32,000 nucleotides of DNA from Bacillus subtilis subsp. subtilis str. 168. Its GTDB lineage: Bacteria > Bacillota > Bacilli > Bacillales > Bacillaceae. The notes below the pieces were generated by a model, which saw only the letters and a program-made list of their open reading frames with translations, did not search any database and was not told where the DNA came from. This document shows, one piece after another, positions 1 to 9,204 of the stretch; the first letter of the stretch is position 1, and every line of letters starts with the position of its first letter. A program made the position numbers and the translations under genes. The stretch lies in the NCBI RefSeq assembly GCF_000009045.1, contig NC_000964.3, positions 1,050,001 through 1,082,000 of the forward strand, written 5' to 3'.

Positions 1-30
1 CCGCGCCCTCTATAGCCATATATTGAATTG

Positions 31-234
31 TTATTGAACTCTGCCGCCCATTTGCTGCTGAGCGAAAGATACTAAACGTTTTGTGATTTCTCCTCCGACA
101 GAACCGTTAGCGCGAGAAGTTGTGTCCGCTCCAAGGTTAACGCCGAATTCAGAAGCGATTTCAAGTTTCATTTGATCGATAGCCTGAGCTGCGCCAGGAA
201 CTAGTAAGTCATTTGAAGAGTTTTGGTTAGCCAT
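31..234 (-). CDS. sspB: Small acid-soluble spore protein, alpha/beta type (SspB), 67 aa; ORF-track start at 333 is an upstream extension
   Basis: Protein [67 protein letters not shown] is a classic alpha/beta SASP; ATG at 234 preceded by an AGGAG-type RBS. Confidence 0.96.
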   Translation of the reverse strand: MANQNSSNDLLVPGAAQAIDQMKLEIASEFGVNLGADTTSRANGSVGGEITKRLVSFAQQQMGGRVQ

Positions 235-421
235 GTGTAAAATCTCCTTTTTATTTAGTATGGTTGGGTTAACTGGAGTTGCACCAATCTGTGAACCCTT
301 CTCGGGTGTCACTGCCGCCTCGGCGTAACCCAATGCTTTGCCGGCTTGTTACTACGTATTATGTTAAAATGGCCGGAAAATCATGCGGAGAATTGTGTGG
401 TAAATCTTGAGAAATAAAAAA

Positions 422-444
422 AGCTTAGCCGTTTAGGCTAAGCT
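422..444 (-). terminator. Intrinsic terminator of yheE
   Basis: Stem AGCTTAGCC / GGCTAAGCT with 5-nt loop, followed on the minus strand by a T run; overlaps the yheE stop region. Confidence 0.8.
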
Positions 445-652
445 AGTCATAAATATGAAAAAGCATCAGTTCATGTATCTCGTTTGTAAGAGCAGGCTCG
501 TCAGCGCGGGCGGGAAACAAGTCTCCCCATTCAATCTCACCGCTCTTATGATAGATGCCTTCATAATGGGTCCCTTTATAATAAAATGAAATTTTCCATC
601 CGGGCAGCTTTTCTTTTGGGAACAAAGGTTTCCAGCTGAAATGAGAAATCAT
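443..652 (-). CDS. yheE: Conserved small protein YheE (start likely at internal MISHFSW)
   Basis: ORF MISHFSWKPLFPKEKLPGWKISFYYKGTHYEGIYH...; recognised in context next to sspB and yheD. Confidence 0.8.
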   Translation of the reverse strand: MISHFSWKPLFPKEKLPGWKISFYYKGTHYEGIYHKSGEIEWGDLFPARADEPALTNEIHELMLFHIYD

Positions 653-810
653 TACGGCCACGCTCCTTACATTTGGTATCAATTGACCTAAATAAAAACG
701 GCTTATGTTCATTGTATCATTGTTTCAGAACATCATTGAAGAGGCCTAAATATGCAGTTTGTCCCAGCTTTGGATAAAGATAAGCCCGCTTTATTAAAAA
801 AGCGGACAGG

Positions 811-2172
811 TTACGAAGGCCACAATGCTTCCGGAGATGTGATTGCCTTCTCAGATAAATATGACGCGTATTCAAAACTTCTTCGTTTTGTAAGAGAATC
901 AACATGATGCAAATTTGGATGAGAAAAAATGCTTCGGCCCGGGCGCGAATTCGCTTCAAACATCCATACTTTACCGTTCTGATCAATGCCAAAATCGAAA
1001 CCAATCTCCCCGATAAATCCCTCGATATGATCATGAAGGACATGGCTTGCAGTCAGTGCCGCTGCAGAAAGCTTTTTAATGACCTCAACTCTTTCAGCGG
1101 GATCATCGTATACTTCCGCAAGTGTCTTTACAGTGCCGCCGTTAGAAAGATGTGTTGTAATGCTGTTCTTTCCGGAAATTTTTACGGCGATTGCTGTCAC
1201 TGTCCATTTTCCTTTTCTGTTTTTATTGGTATGGACACGGAAATCCGCTGGTTTGCCTTGAAATTCGATGAGATCAACACCTTGCTGAATGAGAAAGTCG
1301 GACGGGTTGTGATGTTTTTGAAATTCTGCAAGGAATGAGGCGGCATCGGAATAATCAATTGATGTAAAAGTTTTGGCGTCATTCGTATGCTTTACCGTCA
1401 GGCCGCCATCTGTTCTTGTCAGCTGATAAATGCCGGTGCCGAGTGCTCCATTTGCCGGTTTGATATAGACTTTTTTGTATGCGCCACAGAGCTCATCTAT
1501 CAGCTCCACAGACGGTGTCAGCTCGGATCTAGGCAAAAAGGGTGCCGTTCTTGGATCTTTTTCGAGCAATTGATGAACGTTCCATTTATTGAAAAACGTT
1601 TTATTAAACCATGGGATCTGATATTCATCGATCAGCCTCTTTTTTGTATGTTGCAAGAGAAGTGAATCTTCAATTTTTCGGTTCGGCAAACGGTCATAAA
1701 CGACGTTCGGCAATGGAACGATTTTTTTCTCCCAGCCGTTTTCCCTGTAAAGGAGGCCTTCAATCGTGCCTTCCTCCCAATTGATTTGGTGCGCGCCAAA
1801 AACGAAGCAGTAGCCCCCGGCTTGCTCGTGTAACGTGACAAGTTTAGAAAAAAAGAGGGAACGATCCTTAAATGGGCGTTCAAGAGATACAGTAAACCCT
1901 GCCGTAAAGATGCCGACTAACGGCCCGATATGCACTGTATGATCATGAATCAGTATATCTGCCCTGCTTCGGTGGGGAAGCAAAAGCTCATGAAACAGAT
2001 TTTCAGAGAGAAGCACGGTTTGTTCCAGATGCCGTCTGTAAGCAACGTGGCATCTGACAACCTTCGTTCCGAATGCGGCATGCAAAAGTCCGTCTTGCTT
2101 CAGCGAAGAGGGCAGAAACAGGGTGTTTTCACTGGTTTTGTCTATGCCGATCAAAAACCGTTTAGGATTCAC
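811..2172 (-). CDS. yheD: YheC/YheD family ATP-grasp-like protein, spore coat-associated (YheD)
   Basis: 453-aa ORF with ATP-grasp-like features (VYIKPANGALGTGIYQL, FIGEIGFDFGIDQNGKVWMFEANSRPGRSIF). Confidence 0.9.
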   Translation of the reverse strand: MNPKRFLIGIDKTSENTLFLPSSLKQDGLLHAAFGTKVVRCHVAYRRHLEQTVLLSENLFHELLLPHRSRADILIHDHTVHIGPLVGIFTAGFTVSLERPFKDRSLFFSKLVTLHEQAGGYCFVFGAHQINWEEGTIEGLLYRENGWEKKIVPLPNVVYDRLPNRKIEDSLLLQHTKKRLIDEYQIPWFNKTFFNKWNVHQLLEKDPRTAPFLPRSELTPSVELIDELCGAYKKVYIKPANGALGTGIYQLTRTDGGLTVKHTNDAKTFTSIDYSDAASFLAEFQKHHNPSDFLIQQGVDLIEFQGKPADFRVHTNKNRKGKWTVTAIAVKISGKNSITTHLSNGGTVKTLAEVYDDPAERVEVIKKLSAAALTASHVLHDHIEGFIGEIGFDFGIDQNGKVWMFEANSRPGRSIFSHPNLHHVDSLTKRRSFEYASYLSEKAITSPEALWPS

Positions 2173-3256
2173 GCGGAAGAACTCCTTTCTGGCTTTGCTC
2201 AGAAAACAGATATTGGCAGCGTTTTAGGGGACAAGTGTACAGCTGTTCTTTTTGCTCGGGAGAGACACGCAGGATTGACTTCCTGCCTGGTTTGGAATTG
2301 ATATCTAAAATCCAAATTCTCCCGTCCTTTGCAAGACATATATCAAGACCGAGTTCAAACAACGGCCCATAGCGCTCGTCAAGATAATACGGAACCGATT
2401 GGGTAATTGAAAACACATCATCTAGTAAAACCACTTGCTGTTTTTTCGGTATATCTTCAAACCAGGAGTCAAATGTCAGCGCATCAGATCCGCCTGACAA
2501 ATTGGCCAGCAGCCCGTGTTTGTATCCGCGTCTTACTGCCTTTCCGACTGTATTCCATTCACCTGCTTCGTTTTTTTCCATAAACAGACGAATATCACAA
2601 GGGTATTGTTCCTTATCTTGAATGTTTAAGTAAGGCTGAAGCAAATATTGATGCTGAAGCACTTTTTTGCACCATGTTTTAAAAGAAGTCTGGTTGGAAA
2701 ACGTTTTTGTCTGCTTATCCTTTCCGATGTGATAAGTAGCAGTGATGTTTTTCTTGCCCAGCTTCAAAAGAATCACGCCTCTGCCTCCCGCGCCGAATGC
2801 CGGTTTAAGGATGCAGGCTTTTTCTTTGGATAAAAAGGAGTGAATTTGTTCGTAGCGGCTCACCTTTATCGTTTCGGGAATATAGGGATTGATTACAGAG
2901 TGCTGCTGCAAATCGTGAAGGACGGTCCACTTATCGGGAAGACCCCGCCCGATAAATTCCGTTTTCGGATATTTTTTGAGCCACTCAACGATTGGTTTTG
3001 CTTTTTGGGAATGTGAATCCTTGCCGTAAAAACAGCGATCATAAATATAATCTGGAATCGCCATTTCAGTTTCGTTCCATGTGCTGCTGGCCGAATGATA
3101 GACCGATGCTTTGACACGCAAAGTGTCAGGTGAAATATCAAATGGTGTAAACCGGATGAAACGTATGCCGAATTCGGGTGCTCTTTTGGCCAGTTCTGCG
3201 GAATAATCCGCTTCATGCTGGCGGGATAAGGACATAAAACCGAGTGTTATCATGGT
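2162..3256 (-). CDS. yheC: YheC/YheD family ATP-grasp-like protein (YheC)
   Basis: ORF with ACILKPAFGAGGRGVILLK and LFELGLDICLAKDGRIWILDINSKPGRKSIL; start at internal MITLGFMSLSRQ preferred. Confidence 0.88.
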   Translation of the reverse strand, partial: TMITLGFMSLSRQHEADYSAELAKRAPEFGIRFIRFTPFDISPDTLRVKASVYHSASSTWNETEMAIPDYIYDRCFYGKDSHSQKAKPIVEWLKKYPKTEFIGRGLPDKWTVLHDLQQHSVINPYIPETIKVSRYEQIHSFLSKEKACILKPAFGAGGRGVILLKLGKKNITATYHIGKDKQTKTFSNQTSFKTWCKKVLQHQYLLQPYLNIQDKEQYPCDIRLFMEKNEAGEWNTVGKAVRRGYKHGLLANLSGGSDALTFDSWFEDIPKKQQVVLLDDVFSITQSVPYYLDERYGPLFELGLDICLAKDGRIWILDINSKPGRKSILRVSPEQKEQLYTCPLKRCQYLFSEQSQKGVLPRES

Positions 3257-3427
3257 GAGACTCCCCCTTTTATTCAAAAGCTGCCGGCGGGTGTCCGCAG
3301 CTTTACACTAAATACATGTAAGACGAACGCAGCTGACGGTATTCTACTTTACAGAATACGATTCTCCACCTTGCCCTATTCCAAAAGAACAAGCTGATTT
3401 TCTAAGAACAGGAATTTGTCTCCTCGT

Positions 3428-3457
3428 TTGCTAAGTGATTGCATGAGCCTCTATAAT
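3428..3457 (+). promoter_or_regulatory. Candidate sigma-A promoter for yheB
   Basis: TTGCTA - 18 nt - TATAAT at 3428-3433 / 3452-3457, upstream of the yheB start at 3520. Confidence 0.45.
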
Positions 3458-3519
3458 ACGTATAGGTACATAATCTATATGAAAAAAGCTGAAGCACAGA
3501 TGGAGGAAGATGAATAGGA

Positions 3520-4653
3520 ATGGGTATTGCAGGAACCTTTATTTTTATGATCGTGATCGGCGCTGCCATTGGAGCGGTGACCAATCATTTAGCAATTCAA
3601 ATGCTGTTTAGGCCGTATAAAGCGTACTATTTGTTTGGGAAACGAGTTCCTTTTACGCCCGGGCTGATTCCAAGACGGCGAGATGAACTTGCAAAACAAA
3701 TGGGACTGATGGTAGTCAATCATCTCTTAACCCCTGAAGGCATTAAAAAGCGGCTCGTCTCTGATGCAGCCAAAACGCAGGCTCTTCGAGTGGGGGAACA
3801 GCTGATTCAAAAGCTGTCACTTTCTGAAGTGACAGTAAAAGAAGCGCTTGAAAAAGCCGGGATGAAGCGCCCCGAAAAAGCTGCTGATGCATGGATCAGC
3901 AGCTGGACCGATGATAAGCTGCATGAGCTTTTCCGCCAATACGGGGACCAATCGTTAAAAGAGCTGGTGCCTATAGAGGTGCAGGAAAAGCTTGAGGAAA
4001 AAATTCCGATGATTTCAGGATATATATTGTCACGGAGTGTCCGTTATTTTGAAAGTGATGAAGGAAAAATCCGTCTTGGCAATATGATTGATGACTTTTT
4101 AAAAGAGCGCGGCATGCTTGGAAGCATGGTGCAATTGTTTCTTGGCAATTCAAGCCTTGCGGATCGCGTGCTGCCGGAGCTGCTGAAATTCTTGCGCAAT
4201 GAGGAAACAAATAAATTGCTTTCTGATCTCTTAAAAAACGAATGGGGCAAGCTGAGGGAGTATACGTTTAATGAAGCAGATGAAAAATGGAATGCAAAGG
4301 CGCTCATTTTCAGTTTGAAACGAAGAGTGCTGCAAGCATTTTCGACTGCCCCTTTCTTCAACAATACGATTGGCACGCTTACCGTCCGCTATGAATCTGA
4401 GCTGACCCAGCAAATGCTGCCGGCACTATTAGACAAATTGCTTGAAGGTATTTCGTCCAACCTTGAAAGTGTCTTAAAACGGTTGCGTCTTGAGGAAATC
4501 GTCAAGGAGCAGGTGGATCAGTTCCCGGTGGAGCGTCTTGAAGAAATGGTGCTGTCCATTTCAAAAAAAGAATTTAAAATGATTACCTATTTGGGGGGCC
4601 TTCTCGGCGGAATTATAGGCGCGATTCAAGCATTGTTTGTCATCCTTTTTTAA
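3520..4653 (+). CDS. yheB: DUF445 family membrane protein YheB
   Basis: 377-aa ORF starting MGIAGTFIFMIVIGAAIGAVTNHLAIQMLFRPYKAYY and ending with a glycine-rich hydrophobic tail; DUF445 hallmark. Confidence 0.92.
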   Translation: MGIAGTFIFMIVIGAAIGAVTNHLAIQMLFRPYKAYYLFGKRVPFTPGLIPRRRDELAKQMGLMVVNHLLTPEGIKKRLVSDAAKTQALRVGEQLIQKLSLSEVTVKEALEKAGMKRPEKAADAWISSWTDDKLHELFRQYGDQSLKELVPIEVQEKLEEKIPMISGYILSRSVRYFESDEGKIRLGNMIDDFLKERGMLGSMVQLFLGNSSLADRVLPELLKFLRNEETNKLLSDLLKNEWGKLREYTFNEADEKWNAKALIFSLKRRVLQAFSTAPFFNNTIGTLTVRYESELTQQMLPALLDKLLEGISSNLESVLKRLRLEEIVKEQVDQFPVERLEEMVLSISKKEFKMITYLGGLLGGIIGAIQALFVILF

Positions 4654-4745
4654 GAAGAAATGGTTTTTGATTAATGAAAGGAGCTCCATAGTCTGTTATA
4701 GTGGAGTGGTATGTCAAACGGCAATGATGAAAGGAGCTATTTACA

Positions 4746-5099
4746 ATGGCTGTTAATTTTTATGATGTAGCGTATGATCTGGAAAATGCATTACGCGGGA
4801 GCGAAGAATTCACCCGTTTAAAAAACCTTTACGACGAAGTTAACGCAGATGAATCAGCGAAGCGCATGTTCGAAAACTTCCGTGATGTACAGCTTAGACT
4901 CCAGCAAAAACAAATGGCAGGAGAAGAGATTACACAAGAAGAAGTGACGCAGGCTCAAAAAACAGTTGCGCTTGTACAGCAGCACGAAAAAATTTCTCAG
5001 CTGATGGAAGCGGAGCAGCGCATGAGCATGCTGATTGGTGAATTGAACAAAATCATTATGAAGCCTTTAGAAGAGCTTTACGGCAGTGTTGAAGGCTAA
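4746..5099 (+). CDS. yheA: YlbF/YmcA family protein YheA
   Basis: 117-aa ORF MAVNFYDVAYDLENALRGSEEFTRLKNLYDEVNADESAKRMFENFRDVQLRLQQKQM...; RBS AAAGGAG upstream. Confidence 0.92.
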   Translation: MAVNFYDVAYDLENALRGSEEFTRLKNLYDEVNADESAKRMFENFRDVQLRLQQKQMAGEEITQEEVTQAQKTVALVQQHEKISQLMEAEQRMSMLIGELNKIIMKPLEELYGSVEG

Positions 5100-5104
5100 T
5101 AAGC

Positions 5105-5136
5105 AAAATCCCTTCTTGGATAAGAAGGGATTTTTT
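5105..5136. terminator. Bidirectional intrinsic terminator between convergent yheA and yhaZ
   Basis: Stem AAAATCCCTTCTT / AAGAAGGGATTTT with 4-nt loop, plus T/A tracts on both sides. Confidence 0.88.
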
Positions 5137-5142
5137 ATTCAC

Positions 5143-6216
5143 TCAGCAAACTTGGAAATCCAATGAATCTTTTACCTCTCCATTGATGATGACTGATAAT
5201 GTATGAATTCCTTTGTAATGCTTTCTGGTGGTTAAATCCTTAAAGGATTGGATTCTTGTGTATGACTTCGTTTCGTTTTTTCGTATATTTGTTTCTGTTA
5301 TTTTAAATACTTTCTGATGACGCTGGCCTCTTGCTTTTACAAAATCAATTGCGTACTCAATTCTTACTTTTTGATCCCTGTCTGAATGAATATAGAAAGA
5401 AAATTCAAGGCTTTCGCCAATAACTATACGTTTGGGCTGGCATGTTAAATCATGTAGTTGTATCGAATCAGCATTTTCATAACCAAAAAGCGCTAAGGCC
5501 TGTTTATCACCCTTTTTTAATAAGGTCCGATAGGCGTGTTTGATAATCCAGTCTGTATGGGGATGTGTTCCGTACCATTGATCTGCGACTTTTCTCAGTA
5601 AATGAGGATGCGTTTTTGATATATCATTAAGGTTGTTGGCCACGCTTTTTCTTACATATAAAGACTCGTCCTGCATCAGCTTCTCAAGGATCGGCAATAC
5701 GGGGGAAGGGTCCGATTTCAAAGCCGGTATCGATTTTCCCCATGGCAGGCGGGGCCTGCTGCCTTCGCTCGCAAGTCTTCTCACGTGTTCATTTTTATGC
5801 TCAGACCATGCAAGCAATTGTGCAATCATCTTTTCTTGATCTAACAGCAAAAAAGGCCTTACAGCAAATTCTGAGGTCGAATATTGCGTAAAGGATTCCA
5901 ATGCCTTTATTGATTCTTCCCAATGCGCTAACCCGTACTGTTCCACATAATCTGGAAATAAAATTCCGCTGAGTCCTTTAAAATGAGGGGCTGTATCCCG
6001 TAAAATTGTGAGCGCTTCAACGTATTGTTTTGGCAAAGTTTCGTATAAAGAAACTGTCACGCGGCGCATCCGCTCTTTTAAAGTGAGTTCAGGCCAGTCC
6101 TCCAGCCGTAATGTATCCAAGAATCTGTTTTTGTTAAAATCAGGATAGGATGACCTTACATGATGGATCAACTGAGATATCAGTTCTTCATTATATATTT
6201 CTTTTAAATCAGCCAT
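5143..6216 (-). CDS. yhaZ: YhaZ, HEAT-like repeat protein related to DNA alkylation repair enzymes
   Basis: 357-aa ORF with helical repeats (EHVRRLASEGSRPRLPWG, SLYVRKSVANNLNDISKTHP) typical of AlkC/AlkD-like proteins. Confidence 0.82.
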   Translation of the reverse strand: MADLKEIYNEELISQLIHHVRSSYPDFNKNRFLDTLRLEDWPELTLKERMRRVTVSLYETLPKQYVEALTILRDTAPHFKGLSGILFPDYVEQYGLAHWEESIKALESFTQYSTSEFAVRPFLLLDQEKMIAQLLAWSEHKNEHVRRLASEGSRPRLPWGKSIPALKSDPSPVLPILEKLMQDESLYVRKSVANNLNDISKTHPHLLRKVADQWYGTHPHTDWIIKHAYRTLLKKGDKQALALFGYENADSIQLHDLTCQPKRIVIGESLEFSFYIHSDRDQKVRIEYAIDFVKARGQRHQKVFKITETNIRKNETKSYTRIQSFKDLTTRKHYKGIHTLSVIINGEVKDSLDFQVC

Positions 6217-6354
6217 ATAAACACCGCTTTTTCGTTTATTATTTATATTGTATGGGAATGTACGTTCTGGATCAAGTGTATAGTCCTAAAAATTAACAAC
6301 TGATCCTACCACGGATATACAAAAGTTGGTTACTTTTTTTAGTTAAAAAAACCC

Positions 6355-6383
6355 TTGTCATCGGAAAGGAAAACTGAGATAAT
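6355..6383 (+). promoter_or_regulatory. Candidate strong sigma-A promoter in the yhaZ-yhaX intergenic region
   Basis: TTGTCA (6355-6360), exactly 17-nt spacer, GATAAT (6378-6383). Confidence 0.65.
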
Positions 6384-6389
6384 AACATT

Positions 6390-6618
6390 GAAAGCGCCTA
6401 CACTTACCTATTTCAAATGGATACGGTCGCATATCATGCCGTTATATAGAGGGGATAAGCAACAGAGAGTAAGTGTTCGGAGCGCATCATTGGTCAAACA
6501 AGGGGTTCCTGATACATGATTTTTCGTAAATCGAAATAACGATATTAGGGAGAATGGCTGCTTCGATCGTATCCTATCAACAAGCCATACATAAAGTCTG
6601 CTGAGCCAGGCTTTTTTT
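6390..6618 (+). ncRNA. Candidate structured small RNA (about 230 nt)
   Basis: Starts just downstream of the TTGTCA-17-GATAAT promoter, has a long-range pairing 6394-6407 with 6469-6485 (GCGC..ACACTTAC with GTAAGTGT..GCGC), an internal GCAT-ATC-ATGC hairpin, and ends at an intrinsic terminator. No convincing ORF on the + strand. Confidence 0.5.
6594..6618 (+). terminator. Intrinsic terminator
   Basis: AAGTCTG - CTGAGC - CAGGCTT stem-loop (one G-U pair) followed by a run of T to 6618. Confidence 0.6.
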
Positions 6619-6701
6619 GCTTTAAGAAAAGGTTGTTCTAAACACAGAGACAGGGTCATATCCTATACACAAGTACAGTCATCAAGGAGGGGGACATCTC
6701 T

Positions 6702-7568
6702 GTGTCAAAACAATTGCTTGCCTTAAATATAGATGGAGCGCTGCTTCGGTCGAACGGGAAGATTCATCAGGCAACGAAAGACGCGATTGAATATGTAAAG
6801 AAAAAAGGGATTTACGTCACACTTGTGACCAACCGTCATTTTCGCTCAGCACAGAAAATAGCGAAATCGCTAAAGCTTGATGCCAAGCTGATCACCCATA
6901 GCGGGGCATATATCGCTGAGAAAATTGACGCCCCGTTTTTTGAAAAAAGAATTTCTGATGATCATACCTTTAACATTGTTCAAGTGCTGGAGAGCTATCA
7001 ATGCAATATTCGGCTTCTTCACGAAAAGTATTCCATCGGAAACAAGAAAAAGGTGAATTCGAATTTATTAGGGAAAGCACTCATTCATCCGTCTGACCCG
7101 ATCTTTTATCCAGTCCAGTTCGTTGAATCATTAAGCGATCTCCTCATGGATGAGCCGGTGAGTGCACCCGTCATCGAGGTGTACACGGAGCACGACATTC
7201 AGCATGACATTACAGAAACGATTACAAAAGCCTTCCCTGCGGTGGACGTGATTCGCGTAAACGATGAGAAACTGAATATCGTCCCGAAGGGTGTCTCGAA
7301 GGAAGCGGGTTTGGCCCTCGTCGCTTCAGAGCTGGGCCTGAGTATGGATGATGTCGTGGCCATTGGGCATCAGTATGACGATCTGCCGATGATCGAACTT
7401 GCCGGTCTTGGGGTAGCGATGGGGAATGCCGTTCCGGAAATTAAGAGAAAGGCAGATTGGGTTACAAGGTCCAATGACGAGCAAGGTGTCGCTTATATGA
7501 TGAAGGAATATTTCCGAATGCAGCAGCGAAAAGGATTTCTTGATAAGTTCCACATGAAACGTGTGTAA
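6702..7568 (+). CDS. yhaX: HAD superfamily (Cof-like) phosphatase YhaX, GTG start
   Basis: 288-aa ORF LLALNIDGALLRSNGKIH..., VVAIGHQYDDLPMIELAGLGVAMGNAVPEIK; RBS AAGGAGGGGG upstream. Confidence 0.9.
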   Translation: MSKQLLALNIDGALLRSNGKIHQATKDAIEYVKKKGIYVTLVTNRHFRSAQKIAKSLKLDAKLITHSGAYIAEKIDAPFFEKRISDDHTFNIVQVLESYQCNIRLLHEKYSIGNKKKVNSNLLGKALIHPSDPIFYPVQFVESLSDLLMDEPVSAPVIEVYTEHDIQHDITETITKAFPAVDVIRVNDEKLNIVPKGVSKEAGLALVASELGLSMDDVVAIGHQYDDLPMIELAGLGVAMGNAVPEIKRKADWVTRSNDEQGVAYMMKEYFRMQQRKGFLDKFHMKRV

Positions 7569-7607
7569 AAAAGCCGCTCGCGCCCTGACAGGTGCGGCGG
7601 CTTTTTT
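7567..7607 (+). terminator. Intrinsic terminator downstream of yhaX
   Basis: AAAAAAGCCGC ... GCGGCTTTTTT hairpin overlapping the stop codon. Confidence 0.85.
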
Positions 7608-7679
7608 GCCGGATTGATTTTAGCAGTTTATTTCTGTACACTAAAGAAAGTTTTGAATCTGATAAATTAGGTGATGAAG

Positions 7680-9185
7680 TTGCAAATTAAAATAGAAGGC
7701 ATACATGATGACCGCCTGCATCGGCCTCTGCAAAATATTGCAAATTTGTTTTATGAAGAGTGCGAGCTTGCGTATGGCGGAGAGGAGCCCGCAGATTTTG
7801 TCATTTCTTTAGCGTTGTCACAAACGGATGAGCATGTGACGGTTTCTGGAGAAGTGAAGGGTACTGGCATAAAGGAACAGCATACAAAATTCTTTTCTCC
7901 AGACATGACTGAAAAAGAAGCTTTTAAGCAAGTGAAAAACACAATTTCTTATGTGTATCTCAATCTTCTTCAGGCGCATACGGGCATTACGCAGAAGTGG
8001 GGAATCCTCACAGGAATCCGGCCCACAAAGCTGCTTCATAAAAAACTGCAAAGCGGAATGTCCAAGGAGCAAGCGCATGCTGAGTTGAAAAAAGACTATT
8101 TAATTCATGATGAAAAAATCATGCTAATGCAGGAAATTGTTGACCGTCAGCTGGCGGCAGTGCCGGATTTGTACCGAGTAAAGGATGAAGTCAGCATTTA
8201 TATCGGCATTCCGTTCTGCCCGACAAAATGCGCGTATTGCACATTCCCTGCGTACGCTATCCAAGGACAGGCGGGCAGAGTCGGCTCATTCCTATGGGGA
8301 CTGCATTACGAAATGCAGAAAATCGGTGAATGGCTGAAGGAGCATGATGTTAAGGTTACAACCATTTACTTTGGCGGCGGGACGCCGACAAGCATTACAG
8401 CGGAGGAGATGGATCTGCTGTATGAAGAAATGGTCCGCTCCTTCCCGGATGTGAAAAACATTCGTGAGATTACGGTGGAGGCCGGTCGTCCTGACACGAT
8501 TACAGAAGAAAAACTCGCCGTTTTAAACAAATATGACATTGATCGGATCAGCATCAATCCGCAATCCTACGAAAACGAAACGCTAAAGGCGATCGGGCGG
8601 CACCATACGGTTGAAGAGACCATTGAGAAATATCATCTGTCACGCCAGCACGGCATGAATAATATTAACATGGACTTGATTATTGGTTTGCCTGGGGAAG
8701 GCGTGAAGGAGTTCAGGCACAGTCTTTCAGAAACAGAAAAACTGATGCCGGAATCCCTTACCGTTCATACTCTTTCATTTAAACGGGCGTCAGAAATGAC
8801 GAGAAACAAGCATAAGTACAAAGTTGCCGGCAGGGAAGAGGTTTCTCAAATGATGGAAGACGCGGTAGCCTGGACGAAAGAGCATGGGTACGTGCCTTAT
8901 TATTTATACCGCCAGAAAAACATTCTTGGAAACCTTGAAAACGTCGGATACTCTTTGCCGGGACAAGAAAGCATCTACAACATTATGATTATGGAAGAGG
9001 TGCAGACGATTATTGGCATCGGCTGCGGCGCTGCTAGTAAATTTATTGATCGGGATACAGGGAAAATTACGCATTTTGCGAATCCGAAAGATCCGAAATC
9101 GTACAATGAGCGCTTCGAGCACTACACGGACGAAAAAATCAAATATTTAGAGCAGATTTTTGAAAAAACGACAAAGCAGCACTGA
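7680..9185 (+). CDS. hemZ: Oxygen-independent coproporphyrinogen III oxidase-like radical SAM protein HemZ (probable TTG start at 7680)
   Basis: Radical SAM motif CPTKCAYCTFPAY, GGGTPTSITAEEM, HemN-like C-terminus; TTG at 7680 spaced appropriately from AGGTGATG gives 501 aa. Confidence 0.95.
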   Translation: MQIKIEGIHDDRLHRPLQNIANLFYEECELAYGGEEPADFVISLALSQTDEHVTVSGEVKGTGIKEQHTKFFSPDMTEKEAFKQVKNTISYVYLNLLQAHTGITQKWGILTGIRPTKLLHKKLQSGMSKEQAHAELKKDYLIHDEKIMLMQEIVDRQLAAVPDLYRVKDEVSIYIGIPFCPTKCAYCTFPAYAIQGQAGRVGSFLWGLHYEMQKIGEWLKEHDVKVTTIYFGGGTPTSITAEEMDLLYEEMVRSFPDVKNIREITVEAGRPDTITEEKLAVLNKYDIDRISINPQSYENETLKAIGRHHTVEETIEKYHLSRQHGMNNINMDLIIGLPGEGVKEFRHSLSETEKLMPESLTVHTLSFKRASEMTRNKHKYKVAGREEVSQMMEDAVAWTKEHGYVPYYLYRQKNILGNLENVGYSLPGQESIYNIMIMEEVQTIIGIGCGAASKFIDRDTGKITHFANPKDPKSYNERFEHYTDEKIKYLEQIFEKTTKQH

Positions 9186-9204
9186 TTACAGTGCTGCTTT
9201 TTTT
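9173..9204. terminator. Bidirectional terminator between hemZ and khtU
   Basis: AAAGCAGCACTG - ATTA - CAGTGCTGCTTT, 12-bp stem followed by T8-type run; overlaps the hemZ stop. Confidence 0.88.

Noticed and set aside
904-2301. Several plus-strand ORFs antisense to yheD/yheC (904..1338, 1387..1665, 1930..2301)
   Set aside because: Shadow ORFs opposite real genes, no RBS, no domain similarity recognised.
3349-3369. Short hairpin GTATTCT - 7 nt - AGAATAC between yheC and yheB
   Set aside because: Only 7 bp, no T tract; could be an operator-like palindrome but the evidence is too weak to call a feature.
6408-6659. 83-aa minus-strand ORF in the yhaZ-yhaX gap (MTLSLCLEQPFLKAKKAWLSRLYVW...)
   Set aside because: Antisense to the candidate RNA, composition without a recognisable domain, no convincing RBS; the promoter, helix and terminator on the + strand explain the region better.
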